This document shows, piece after piece, positions 19,845 to 29,288 of a DNA stretch of 64,000 bases. Every line of letters starts with the position of its first letter. The stretch's first letter is position 1. The DNA comes from an uncultured Spirochaetota bacterium (GTDB lineage: Bacteria > Spirochaetota > Brevinematia > Brevinematales > JAOACQ01): contig CAVYGN010000001.1 of the NCBI GenBank assembly GCA_963768055.1, forward strand, positions 1,624,145-1,688,144. Direction: 5' to 3'. Under the pieces are notes generated by a model, which saw only the letters and a list, made by a program, of their open reading frames with translations, ran no database searches and was not told the origin of the DNA. The position numbers and the translations under genes are program-made.

Positions 19845-20726
19845 TTACTTGTCAATGAGCAATTTATTGCGGTCGATAGCCGGCTTGTTATTTTCATAGT
19901 AAGCCATCAAATCTTTAATAGAATCATCAAGGGGGGTAAATCCAAGATTTTTCATCTCTTTCTTCAATCTGAAGTTGTCGCCGCTATATTCCATACCCAT
20001 TCCCGGCAAAGCGGCCCGGATCGGAATATTCTTGCCGGACAATTTTAATATTTTACCGGCTATATCCAGCAATTCGACAGCGCTGTCGGGAGTCACATTA
20101 TAGGCGTGGAACAAAGGGGTTTCTTCGATGAAATATTCCAGGACCGGCATCAAATCGTCAATATACAGATAATCGAAACGCCTGTTTTGATTCATTGTCA
20201 TAGGCAGGCCGAATATCGCTTTGCAGATCATATTCGAAATAAACCGGATGGCATAATCCTCATATTTACCGAAGATCCCGAATATCCTTAAATCGTAAAT
20301 ATTACCGCCTCTTTCAATAAACCGGTCGATAACATATTTGGAGAGCCCATGTTCGTCAAGCGGTACGTGCGTGCCGGCGTATTCTTCTTTCATTTTCGGC
20401 TGATAGTATCTCATATCGTAAACCGCCCCCGAACCCGTGACGATCATCTTGCTGTAATAATCGGCGTTGCGGGCCAGGTTGAAGAAGATCCTCGTATTGG
20501 TATAAAAGATCCCGGCGGGGTCCTTCGCGTTCCTGTGCCCGGGCTTTGCCGCCGCATGGATTATAACATCTATTTTATTATTTTTGATATAATCCCTGAC
20601 CGAATTTTCATCCATAAGCTCGAGTTCCTTATGGCCCGGCGCTTTGATAGTATACTTGCGGGCGAGGGCGGATTCCAGTATGTTCCTGCCGATAAATCCG
20701 CTGCCCCCGGTCAGAAATATATTCAT
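19845..20726 (-). CDS. NAD-dependent epimerase/dehydratase (extended SDR)
   Basis: TGGSGFIG, SGAVY; HGLSK in place of the usual YxxxK. Confidence 0.88.
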   Translation of the reverse strand: MNIFLTGGSGFIGRNILESALARKYTIKAPGHKELELMDENSVRDYIKNNKIDVIIHAAAKPGHRNAKDPAGIFYTNTRIFFNLARNADYYSKMIVTGSGAVYDMRYYQPKMKEEYAGTHVPLDEHGLSKYVIDRFIERGGNIYDLRIFGIFGKYEDYAIRFISNMICKAIFGLPMTMNQNRRFDYLYIDDLMPVLEYFIEETPLFHAYNVTPDSAVELLDIAGKILKLSGKNIPIRAALPGMGMEYSGDNFRLKKEMKNLGFTPLDDSIKDLMAYYENNKPAIDRNKLLIDK

Positions 20727-20736
20727 CTTTATACCT

Positions 20737-21435
20737 TCATTCCCATTCGTCGGTCCTGACGAATACTTCAGGGACTCCTTTATCGAGCATGTACCGCTTA
20801 AAATTAAGGGTCATGACCGGAGGCCCTGAAATAAAGAACACAGAGCCGGCAGAGCCGGCGGGGTTTTCGTTCAAAATCCTTGCTATATCGAGCATGCCCT
20901 TGTCTTCCTGGTCTATTATAAAAGCCCGGAATGACGGATTGATCTCTTTCGCTTTTGCAATCTCTTTATCATATATATAATAATCTTTCGACCGAACGCC
21001 TAAATAAAGCCTCGGATTTGCATACTCCGCGAACAGGCCGCTTGTAAAAAGGGAAAGGAAAGGCGTAACGCCGGTGCCTCCCGCTATAAATACGGTTTTA
21101 TCTTTAGAATGGGGCCTGCTGAAAAGCTCTCCGTAAGGCAATTTAAGCCACAGGTTTTTTCCTGCAGCGATCTCTCCGGCCATCCTTCCGGTAAAAACCC
21201 CTTTTACAGAATAAGTGATTTTAATCATACTGTCGCTCTCGCAGGTCTGCATGGAGAAACACCTGGACTCGGGCCATGGGGCGGACGGGTCGTATTTATC
21301 CAGCGCAAGGTGGAGGAATTGGCCGGGCAGGTATTTATAGGGTTTATCCAGGCTCCGCATCGACAATGTGAATATTCCCGGAAAATGCGGGGTAACGCAC
21401 TCGACCCGGGAAAGGTATTTTTTTATAATCGCCAT
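20737..21435 (-). CDS. FNR-type FAD/NAD(P)H oxidoreductase (E3/RfbI-like, lacking the ferredoxin domain)
   Basis: PGQFLHL, RCFSM, LPYGE, FIAGGTGVTPF and SGPP motifs; adjacent to rfbH. Confidence 0.8.
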   Translation of the reverse strand: MAIIKKYLSRVECVTPHFPGIFTLSMRSLDKPYKYLPGQFLHLALDKYDPSAPWPESRCFSMQTCESDSMIKITYSVKGVFTGRMAGEIAAGKNLWLKLPYGELFSRPHSKDKTVFIAGGTGVTPFLSLFTSGLFAEYANPRLYLGVRSKDYYIYDKEIAKAKEINPSFRAFIIDQEDKGMLDIARILNENPAGSAGSVFFISGPPVMTLNFKRYMLDKGVPEVFVRTDEWE

Positions 21436-21437
21436 AT

Positions 21438-22742
21438 CTAACCCGTGTAATCTTTCATAAAGTCGTTTACCGCGCTTTCTATGTACCGGAGCATATCCTC
21501 CGTCATGCCCGGGTATGTGCCCAGGAAAAAGGTATTGTTCATTATATAATCGGTATTTACAAGGCTTCCCGCAGTCCTGTAATTGACCCCCTCGAAAAAA
21601 GGCTGCCTCGTCATATTTCCCGCGAAAAGATAACGGGTTTCGATGAGTTTTTCGTTCAAATGCCTTACCAGTGCGTCCCTTTTAAAGGGGGTCCCTTCCT
21701 TTAAAGTTACGATATACGCGAACCATGCCGGGTCGGAGTTTTCCGAGGCCTCGGGGATTATAAAATATTTGTCGTACCTTCCGAAGATCCGGCAGTACGA
21801 TTTGAAATTTTTCTTTCTTTTCTCGCAGAAATCCTTAAGCCTGTCCATCTGGGCGCTTCCTATGGCCGCCTGTATATCCGTCATCTTCAGGTTATAGCCG
21901 GCCTCCGAATAAACATATTTATGATCGTAACCCTCCGGCAGGGTCCCGAACTTCTGGCTGAACCTTTTTCCGCATGTATTGTTCTCGCCGCTGCCGCAGT
22001 AGCAGTCCCTTCCCCAATCCCGGAGCGACCTGATTATCCTGGCCAGTTCGTCGTCATTAGTGACTACAGCCCCTCCCTCTCCCGTCGTTATATGATGGGC
22101 GGGATAAAATGATATAGTCGACATATGCCCGAACGTACCGGTATACATGCCCTTGTAAGTACTTCCGAAAGAGTCGCAATTGTCCTCGATCAGCCAGAGG
22201 CTGTTCTTTTTGCATATATCCGTTACGGCGTCTAAATTATACGGATTGCCGAGAGTATGCGCCAAAAAAACGCACCTGGTTTTCGGGCCTAAGGCCTTCT
22301 CCAGCATTTCAATATTTATATTGTATGTGCCCAGGTCGACATCCGCAAAAACAGGGATCAGACCGTTCTGGATAACGGGCGTAACTGTGGCCGGAAAGCC
22401 TGCCGCCACGGAAATAACCTCGTCTCCGGCCTTAAGCCTTTTATCGCCCAATCTTTTCGAAGTCAGGGCCGTAAGGGCAAGAAGGTTCGCCGAGGAACCG
22501 GAATTGGTAAGTATGACATTGGAAACCTGCAGAAAATCCGATATCTTTTCGGAAAATTCCTCCGCGAAACGGCCTTCGGTCAGCCAGAAATCCAGGCTGG
22601 CCTCTATGAGTTTCAGCATTTCCCTCTCGTCAAAAACCCTTCCCGCGTACCTGACGATATCCTTACCGGGCATGAATTTCCTGTTTTTATAATTATCTTC
22701 ATAATAGCGTTTTACAAGCCCGGAGATTTCACTATCCAGCAT
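21438..22742 (-). CDS. rfbH: CDP-4-keto-6-deoxyglucose 3-dehydrase (E1, DdhC/RfbH)
   Basis: NSGSSANL, EDNCD, SFYPAHHITTGEGG (His replacing Lys), RDWGRDCYC..NTC Fe-S motif, GYDHKY. Confidence 0.95.
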   Translation of the reverse strand: MLDSEISGLVKRYYEDNYKNRKFMPGKDIVRYAGRVFDEREMLKLIEASLDFWLTEGRFAEEFSEKISDFLQVSNVILTNSGSSANLLALTALTSKRLGDKRLKAGDEVISVAAGFPATVTPVIQNGLIPVFADVDLGTYNINIEMLEKALGPKTRCVFLAHTLGNPYNLDAVTDICKKNSLWLIEDNCDSFGSTYKGMYTGTFGHMSTISFYPAHHITTGEGGAVVTNDDELARIIRSLRDWGRDCYCGSGENNTCGKRFSQKFGTLPEGYDHKYVYSEAGYNLKMTDIQAAIGSAQMDRLKDFCEKRKKNFKSYCRIFGRYDKYFIIPEASENSDPAWFAYIVTLKEGTPFKRDALVRHLNEKLIETRYLFAGNMTRQPFFEGVNYRTAGSLVNTDYIMNNTFFLGTYPGMTEDMLRYIESAVNDFMKDYTG

Positions 22743-22755
22743 CGATGCTTCCCCC

Positions 22756-25158
22756 TTATTCCAGCTTTTTATAATAAAACATAGTCCCTGTCCTGTCTGC
22801 TATTTTATAATTCTTATCAAGCAAAGTCTTTATAAATGAAAAATAATTATCGTCGACCGGCGAAAGATCGTCGAGGAACACTTTCGGCCTTGAGGTTTCA
22901 AGAATGCTGCTAAGCCTCCCGGCGTCGTCTCGGGTAAATAATTCAATAAAACCCGGATTAAAAGCGGATATTGTCCTGCTGTCGTTCAAATACATTCCTT
23001 CGAAACTCCTGGAGAGGACGATGATTTTTTCACCCCTGGCCGCATATTTTTTTATGAAAGCTATATTATCTTTAAGGAAGTCGCCCCCGCCGGAAGGAAT
23101 TTTAGAAAACTCGAATACGCAGTTCCTTTTGAAAATCAGGTCGTAGATACCTCCCGAATTCGAGAAAATATCGATAAATGAAAACGAAAGAATGAAAATA
23201 ATAGTCCCCGCAAAAAAAGCGGCGGATATATGACGGGACCTTTTTATTTCGGACAAAAGAAGGTCGGCGAATATGGCTATTAAAATAAAAAAATAGCTCC
23301 ATACGTTGACAAGGTTCCAGTTATGGCTTCTTCCCCCATAGTAAACGAAGGTTCCCGTCCCGACAAGGCTTACAAGGAAGATAATCGCCGCATTTTTGTC
23401 GATCCTGTTGTTAATAAAAGCTGCAAAAGCATAAAGAAAACCGATTAGGTAAGTTAAAACTACTATATTCCAGGGGTGAAGAAGCGGCATCGGAAGCATA
23501 CCGAAACCCAGGCCCGAAAAAAGGGAAATTGTTGAAAACATTTTCATTAAATCGGGGAAACTCCCGTAAAACAAGCGGATTGAAAGAGAGTATAATGCTA
23601 AAGAAATAAAGAGGATCAAGGCCGCGTTTATAAAATGAAGAATTATCCTGATTGCGGTTTTCTTAAAATCCAGGTTTTCCAGTTCCAGGTAGCATAAATA
23701 AAACAGCCATGATAAGAAAACGACAGTCCCTGTATCCGGGTTCCATAAAACCGAGATTGAAGATAATATGAAAGAAAGATAATAAAGCCGTTTTTTCCTG
23801 TATTCAAAATATAAGGCTGAAATCATCAAAAGCAGCATGGGGAAGATAAACCTCAAGGGATGATACTGGAAATAAAAATCCCATGTCATTATTTTGCCGA
23901 AAAGATAGCCGAGAAACACGATCGAAGTGAAGCATAAAAAGACAATCGTCCTGTTATCGATAATTTTATGCAGAAAAATCAAAAGGAACCCGAAAGACAG
24001 GCACAGCAGGACTGACATCACGATAGAAAAGCTAAGAATGGAGAGGCCGGTTAGGTTGAACAGGGGGACCAGAAATTGGGGATACAGACCGTAAGTATTT
24101 GTAAAACCGCTGACAAGCAGCGGAACGCCGGCGGCGGCCTGAGTCACGGAATAATATACCGCGGAGAAGCTCCAGAGCGAGTTGAACATTCTTTCGGCGT
24201 CGAATTTAGTCATGAGATTTATAAAATTGAAATCGATATTAAATATGTTAATAGCCGGAATCAGGAGAAATATATATGCATAAACAGCAGAAAAAACAAT
24301 TTTTAAACCCCTGTTTATCTTTCCATCAGCGGGATATTTCATTAAAAAGAAAAATATTGCCGGGAATATTATTAGGCTGTAAATAGAAAACTGCAGGTAT
24401 GGCAGGGATTTTAAAAAATAGAACTGGACGTTAAGAAGATTATGGTCGGGATCGCTGTGAAGGAGCCCTGCCAGGGCGAGACCCAGGAATGCCGGAAAGC
24501 TTGCCGGAAAGGCGATCGAAAATATCCGCCCGGTATTTTTACTGCTTTGTTTGCTAAAAACGGTTTTAAAAAAAATGTAAAAAACAAATGCAAATACAGG
24601 CAACAGGATAAGCCCTGTACCGAAGATCAATCTTTCAAGGGGCTTGGGCTGAAAAATCCCGGGATCCAGGATCGATACTTCGGATGCTTTTTTCAGGATC
24701 GCCCCGATATCGGGATGGTAGAATTTTGTAATTATGAAAGCGATTATGATAAATAATAAAATAGCCGAACACAGGCTGAATATAAAGTATAGGTATTCTC
24801 TTTTAAATCCGGTTAAGTCTTCGGGATCCGCAGGCGGGGTTTTAAATCCCGGCAGTTTTATAAATTGAAAAAACAGGGCCCATAAAAAAAGAATAGCCCC
24901 GAATTTAACGCTTTCCCAGCCCAGGGTCTTCAATTTATCCGCCCAATCGGCAGCCGCCGCTTTGCCTTTAAGCAATGAGCCGCCGTGAAGCAGCAGGCTT
25001 GAGAAATCCCTGTCGTTGATAACGGCGAGACCCAGAAGAAGAAAAAGGAATCCTGCAAGGAACAGGAAAACGCTGCGAGGTTTGATCACAATCATATTAA
25101 TGCCCGCTATTTTCATATTCTTCAATCTGTTTAAGGCTGACTTCAAGCATGTCTTCAT
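22756..25158 (-). CDS. Large polytopic membrane protein (GT-C-like), inside the rfb operon
   Basis: 800 aa, many TM segments, YGLYPQFL, YFQYHPLRFIFP and GRSH motifs; stop lies just before rfbH and start overlaps the rfbG 3' end. Confidence 0.55.
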   Translation of the reverse strand: MKTCLKSALNRLKNMKIAGINMIVIKPRSVFLFLAGFLFLLLGLAVINDRDFSSLLLHGGSLLKGKAAAADWADKLKTLGWESVKFGAILFLWALFFQFIKLPGFKTPPADPEDLTGFKREYLYFIFSLCSAILLFIIIAFIITKFYHPDIGAILKKASEVSILDPGIFQPKPLERLIFGTGLILLPVFAFVFYIFFKTVFSKQSSKNTGRIFSIAFPASFPAFLGLALAGLLHSDPDHNLLNVQFYFLKSLPYLQFSIYSLIIFPAIFFFLMKYPADGKINRGLKIVFSAVYAYIFLLIPAINIFNIDFNFINLMTKFDAERMFNSLWSFSAVYYSVTQAAAGVPLLVSGFTNTYGLYPQFLVPLFNLTGLSILSFSIVMSVLLCLSFGFLLIFLHKIIDNRTIVFLCFTSIVFLGYLFGKIMTWDFYFQYHPLRFIFPMLLLMISALYFEYRKKRLYYLSFILSSISVLWNPDTGTVVFLSWLFYLCYLELENLDFKKTAIRIILHFINAALILFISLALYSLSIRLFYGSFPDLMKMFSTISLFSGLGFGMLPMPLLHPWNIVVLTYLIGFLYAFAAFINNRIDKNAAIIFLVSLVGTGTFVYYGGRSHNWNLVNVWSYFFILIAIFADLLLSEIKRSRHISAAFFAGTIIFILSFSFIDIFSNSGGIYDLIFKRNCVFEFSKIPSGGGDFLKDNIAFIKKYAARGEKIIVLSRSFEGMYLNDSRTISAFNPGFIELFTRDDAGRLSSILETSRPKVFLDDLSPVDDNYFSFIKTLLDKNYKIADRTGTMFYYKKLE

Positions 25159-26170
25159 TATTCCGGTAAGCTTTTATCCAGCCGACTATTTTATCGATAG
25201 CCGTTTCAAGCTTCCAGCGCGGGCGCCAGTCTAGTTTATGCCTGGCCTTGGTGCAATCAAGCTTCAGATATCCGGCTTCATGGGGCCCTTCGCCTGAAAC
25301 TATCCTGTATCGGGCGCCTTCGCCCCATTTTTCACAGATTTTTTTTACTATCCATTCAACCTGCCTGGCGTCTTCATCGTCGGGCCCGAAATTCCAAGCC
25401 TCGGCGTAAAGCGGCCCTTCCTCATAGAGATTTTTTGAAAGCTGAAGGTAGCCTTGAAGCGGTTCCAGGACATGCTGCCAGGGCCGTATTGCAGCCGGAT
25501 TTCTTATCAGTATCTCTTCGCCCTTTAAAATCGCCCTGACGATATCCGGTACCAGCCTGTCAACGGCCCAATCGCCGCCGCCGATAACGTTCCCGGCCCT
25601 TGCCGAGGCAATTGCAGTTTTATGGGATTTCCCGTAACCGGCAGGGTTGAAATATGAATTGCCGTATGCAGATACGACCAGCTCCGCGCAGGCCTTGCTG
25701 GAACTGTAAGGGTCGTACCCCCCGAGACGGTCGGACTCCCTGTATCCGTACACCCATTCCCTGTTTGAATAACATTTATCGGTAGTTACAATAACGGCCG
25801 ATCTTACGCTTTCGGTTTCCCTGACGGCTTCGAGGATATTGACTGTGCCGATCACGTTGGTTTCATAAGTCAGTTTGGGCTCCCTGTACGACTCGAGAAC
25901 GAGGGGCTGGGCGGCCATATGGAAAACGATCTCGGGTTTCATCCCGGCCATCAGCCGCTTGAGGTTTTTATCGTCAAGGATGTTCCCTATATTGTGGTTG
26001 ATAAATTTTTTCAATCCCGATATTTCGAAAAGCGAAGGGTCGGTGGGCGGTTCAAGGGACAGACCTGTAACCTCGGCGCCCATTTTATTCAGCCACATGC
26101 ATAGCCATGAACCCTTAAAACCCGTATGCCCGGTTACAAATACCCTTCTGCCCCTGAAAAAATCATTCAT
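25097..26170 (-). CDS. rfbG: CDP-glucose 4,6-dehydratase
   Basis: VTGHTGFKGSWL, HMAAQPLV, TTDKCY, DPYSSSK, RAGNVIGGGDW, RPWQHVLEPL. Confidence 0.96.
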   Translation of the reverse strand: MNDFFRGRRVFVTGHTGFKGSWLCMWLNKMGAEVTGLSLEPPTDPSLFEISGLKKFINHNIGNILDDKNLKRLMAGMKPEIVFHMAAQPLVLESYREPKLTYETNVIGTVNILEAVRETESVRSAVIVTTDKCYSNREWVYGYRESDRLGGYDPYSSSKACAELVVSAYGNSYFNPAGYGKSHKTAIASARAGNVIGGGDWAVDRLVPDIVRAILKGEEILIRNPAAIRPWQHVLEPLQGYLQLSKNLYEEGPLYAEAWNFGPDDEDARQVEWIVKKICEKWGEGARYRIVSGEGPHEAGYLKLDCTKARHKLDWRPRWKLETAIDKIVGWIKAYRNNEDMLEVSLKQIEEYENSGH

Positions 26171-26939
26171 TCCAGACCTTCCAGCCGGCATTTCCGGAAT
26201 TCCAGAGATTTTCGAGATCGATCTTGTCCCTGAGCGTATCCATCGGTTTCCAGAATCCATGGTGCTTATAGGCCATCAGATGCTTATCTCCGGCGAGCCT
26301 TTCGAGGGGTTCGTGTTCCCAGATAGTCGAGTCCCCTTCTATGTAATCGAAAATCTGCGGTTCGAGAACAAAAAAGCCCCCGCTAACCCAGGCCCCGTCG
26401 CCCCTCGGCTTTTCCTCGAAAGAAAGGACATGGCCGCCGTCGTCAAGGTTAAGGGCGCCGAAACGCCCTGAAGGCTGTACCGTCGTCAGGGTTGCGTATC
26501 TTCCATGATCTTTGTGGAATTTTAAAAGTCCGGGAATATCGATACAGGCGACCCCGTCTCCGTAAGTCATCATGAAGGTCTCGTTTTCGAGGTATTTCCG
26601 GACCCTTTTGATCCTTCCCCCGGTCATGGTGCTCTGCCCGGTATCGATGAGCGTTACATTCCAGGGCTCCACGTTTGTCTGATGGATTTTGATCGAGTTC
26701 TCCTTTAGATCTAAAGTTACATCGGACCTGTGAAGATAATAATTTGCAAAATATTCCTTGATCATGTAACCCTTATAGCCAAGGCAGATAATAAAATCGT
26801 TAAAGCCGAAATGTGAATATATTTTTAAGATGTGCCATAGAATAGGCTGGCCGCCGATTTCAACCATGGGTTTCGGCCGCAGTTCTGTTTCCTCGGTAAG
26901 CCGGGTCCCGAGACCGCCGGCCAGTATCACTACTTTCAC
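26163..26939 (-). CDS. rfbF: Glucose-1-phosphate cytidylyltransferase
   Basis: ILAGGLGTRLTEET..RPKPMVEIG, TMTGGR, TYGDG, GFWKPMDTLRDK; likely GTG start. Confidence 0.96.
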   Translation of the reverse strand: MKVVILAGGLGTRLTEETELRPKPMVEIGGQPILWHILKIYSHFGFNDFIICLGYKGYMIKEYFANYYLHRSDVTLDLKENSIKIHQTNVEPWNVTLIDTGQSTMTGGRIKRVRKYLENETFMMTYGDGVACIDIPGLLKFHKDHGRYATLTTVQPSGRFGALNLDDGGHVLSFEEKPRGDGAWVSGGFFVLEPQIFDYIEGDSTIWEHEPLERLAGDKHLMAYKHHGFWKPMDTLRDKIDLENLWNSGNAGWKVWNE

Positions 26940-27016
26940 ACAATTCACCTGTTCCGTTAGGTTTGATAATACACCTAATTATATGCCGATTATCATGATA
27001 AGTCAAGAACCTGTCA

Positions 27017-27104
27017 GGAGGATTTCTCGGAGCTGCGCTCCTCGAAATGACGGAGCGACTGTCATTTCGAACGCAGTGTTCGTCCTGTAAGGAAGAAATC
27101 CTCC
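27017..27104. repeat. REP/REPIN-like nested palindrome
   Basis: Outer IR GGAGGATTTCT/AGAAATCCTCC, inner IR TCGAAATGAC/GTCATTTCGA. Confidence 0.7.
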
Positions 27105-27105
27105 C

Positions 27106-29268
27106 CTAGTTTGTCAATATAGTTATCCGGCCGTATCCGTAAAACAGGCTGTAAAAATAACGGGTCTGGACAATCCTCTTTATATAATCCCTCGATTCTT
27201 CGTAATCCAGGCATTCTATCCAGAGTTCGTTATCATATAAGTATTTCTTTTTCCAGCGGTTTGCGGCGGGTTCTCCCGCATTGTAGGCGGCAAGGGCGCA
27301 TGGATAGTTGTGGCGGTACTTCCTGAACAGATAATTCAAATGAAAGGCCCCGATTTCCAGGTTGTCCCTGAAATCATAACAGTCGTATTCTTCCTTCTTC
27401 ATATTTTTTTTAATGATGTCGGCAGTCGCCGGCATAAGCTGGGCCAGACCCGCGGCCCCTACGGGAGAGATCGAACTCTTGTTGAAATGGCTTTCCTCCC
27501 TGAATACCGAAAGGGACCAGAGAGCGTCGTTGGTGTTTTTTGAAAAAGCCAGAACATCGTCGAAATAAAGCAGGGGATACAATGCTTTTTTCAATTTTTC
27601 ATCCAGGAGAGGATAGTATTCCCTTCCACCGCAGAGTTTCGTTATATAAATGTTGAGCCTTGCCAGAGCCACACCGTCAAGCCCCAGAGCCCTGTAAAAA
27701 TCCCCATAGTTTAACGCCGCTTTATATCTGCTGAGAGGGTCCGTAATTCTTCTTTCAAGGATATTGAAAATCTCATGATTATAGCTGAGCAAACCCCTGT
27801 TTACAAAAGAGAACCATTTCATGGGAATGATCCCCGCATCGTCGGAAAAAGTTTTACTTAACTCCTCCCGGAAATCATTCTCAAGCCTAGATTTGTCAGT
27901 TGAAAATTCCGTATCGTTAAGGGCGGTAAATGAGCTTAGCCTGTCCGCAGGGGCCATATGGATATTATTCTTTCTGAAATCGGCTATTTCAGAGTTGTAG
28001 ATATTGGAAAAGGAGGAACGAAGGCTTGACTCGTAATTTCCCGAAACTATTCCCTCAAAAGTAAAGGGATGGTATAGATATACCTTAAGGAAGCTTGAAT
28101 AAGCCGATGAGTTGTCCCCGTCGATCAAATCGAAAAGGGCGTTTACATAAAGAAAATATCCGTCGTTTTCATTTTTTTTCAGCATCGCCAGGGCGAAATT
28201 CCTGGCCCAAGCCCTGTTATTCTGTAAAAGGATCCTGAAAATCCTCCTGTTGCCGCCTTCATCGATTCCGCCCTTTAAATCTTTTACCCAGGCGTATAGT
28301 TCGTCAGGCTTATGCAATTTATCAAGCACTCTGATCCAATCCGAAGCGAGTTCTAAAGGGTATTTTTCCATAACCTTCCTGAGTAAAAGATAAGCTTCCC
28401 CGTTACGGCCATGTTCCTGGAGAATACTGGAGAAAAACTCCGCAATATCCGCGGTATATTTCCCCCGGTTGAATCCGTCGTCAAATAATTTCATCGCCCC
28501 GGCAAAATCCCCCTTCCTGCATAAAAGGAAAAGGCGGTTCCGGAATATAAGGTCCTCGTCGTTGGTATATTGTGCGTATCTATTCAGGAGGTAGCCGGCT
28601 TTATCGTCCATATTGAATTTATAAAATACGCCGAGCGAGGGTATCAGCCGGTCGGCGGGAATTCTGTCCAGATCGTTTTGTCCGATAAGGTTGGTTATCC
28701 CGGTAAACACTATGTTGAAATCTTTTTCATCGATGAAATTGAATATATTCGAAAATAAATCATGCTTGCCCTGGACGATATACGAAAAAGTCCTGTACAT
28801 AATTGCGGAGGAATTTGTCTGTTTTAATTTTGCCAGCAGATCGAAATTACCTGTCCTCCATTCGTACAGGAGATAAATTTTAAAAACATCATCATAGTAT
28901 ATCGATCCCGGATCGAGCCGATTGAAGAGGCCGGTTATGCCCTGATTATTTGTCTGAAAGGTATTTAAAACGAGAGAAAAGAAATAAATATAATTGTCCC
29001 TGAAAAATCCCGATTCGGGAAATATGTTAAAACTGTCGGGTGTGATCTTCGAGAACTCCTCCGACGCGTTTTTATAGTCTTTCAGTTCCTGGTAATCCCT
29101 CCCGAGAAGATAAATCCCGATGGGAGTTAATGAACTGTTCGTATCAAGCAGCGCAATGGACCGGCGGTAACTGCCCTCCTTGTAAAGTTTGAGTGCGTCA
29201 TCGAAATTATCCGGGTAAATATAGCCGTAAATTAAAAAAAACAATAAGACGACAGGAAGGGCCTTCAT
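27106..29268 (-). CDS. Soluble lytic transglycosylase (Slt-like, helical repeats plus SLT domain)
   Basis: REESHF, SPVGAAGLAQLMPATA, ALAAYNAG, ESRDYIKRI. Confidence 0.92.
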   Translation of the reverse strand: MKALPVVLLFFLIYGYIYPDNFDDALKLYKEGSYRRSIALLDTNSSLTPIGIYLLGRDYQELKDYKNASEEFSKITPDSFNIFPESGFFRDNYIYFFSLVLNTFQTNNQGITGLFNRLDPGSIYYDDVFKIYLLYEWRTGNFDLLAKLKQTNSSAIMYRTFSYIVQGKHDLFSNIFNFIDEKDFNIVFTGITNLIGQNDLDRIPADRLIPSLGVFYKFNMDDKAGYLLNRYAQYTNDEDLIFRNRLFLLCRKGDFAGAMKLFDDGFNRGKYTADIAEFFSSILQEHGRNGEAYLLLRKVMEKYPLELASDWIRVLDKLHKPDELYAWVKDLKGGIDEGGNRRIFRILLQNNRAWARNFALAMLKKNENDGYFLYVNALFDLIDGDNSSAYSSFLKVYLYHPFTFEGIVSGNYESSLRSSFSNIYNSEIADFRKNNIHMAPADRLSSFTALNDTEFSTDKSRLENDFREELSKTFSDDAGIIPMKWFSFVNRGLLSYNHEIFNILERRITDPLSRYKAALNYGDFYRALGLDGVALARLNIYITKLCGGREYYPLLDEKLKKALYPLLYFDDVLAFSKNTNDALWSLSVFREESHFNKSSISPVGAAGLAQLMPATADIIKKNMKKEEYDCYDFRDNLEIGAFHLNYLFRKYRHNYPCALAAYNAGEPAANRWKKKYLYDNELWIECLDYEESRDYIKRIVQTRYFYSLFYGYGRITILTN

Positions 29269-29288
29269 GCAAATCTCGCCAAAGAACA

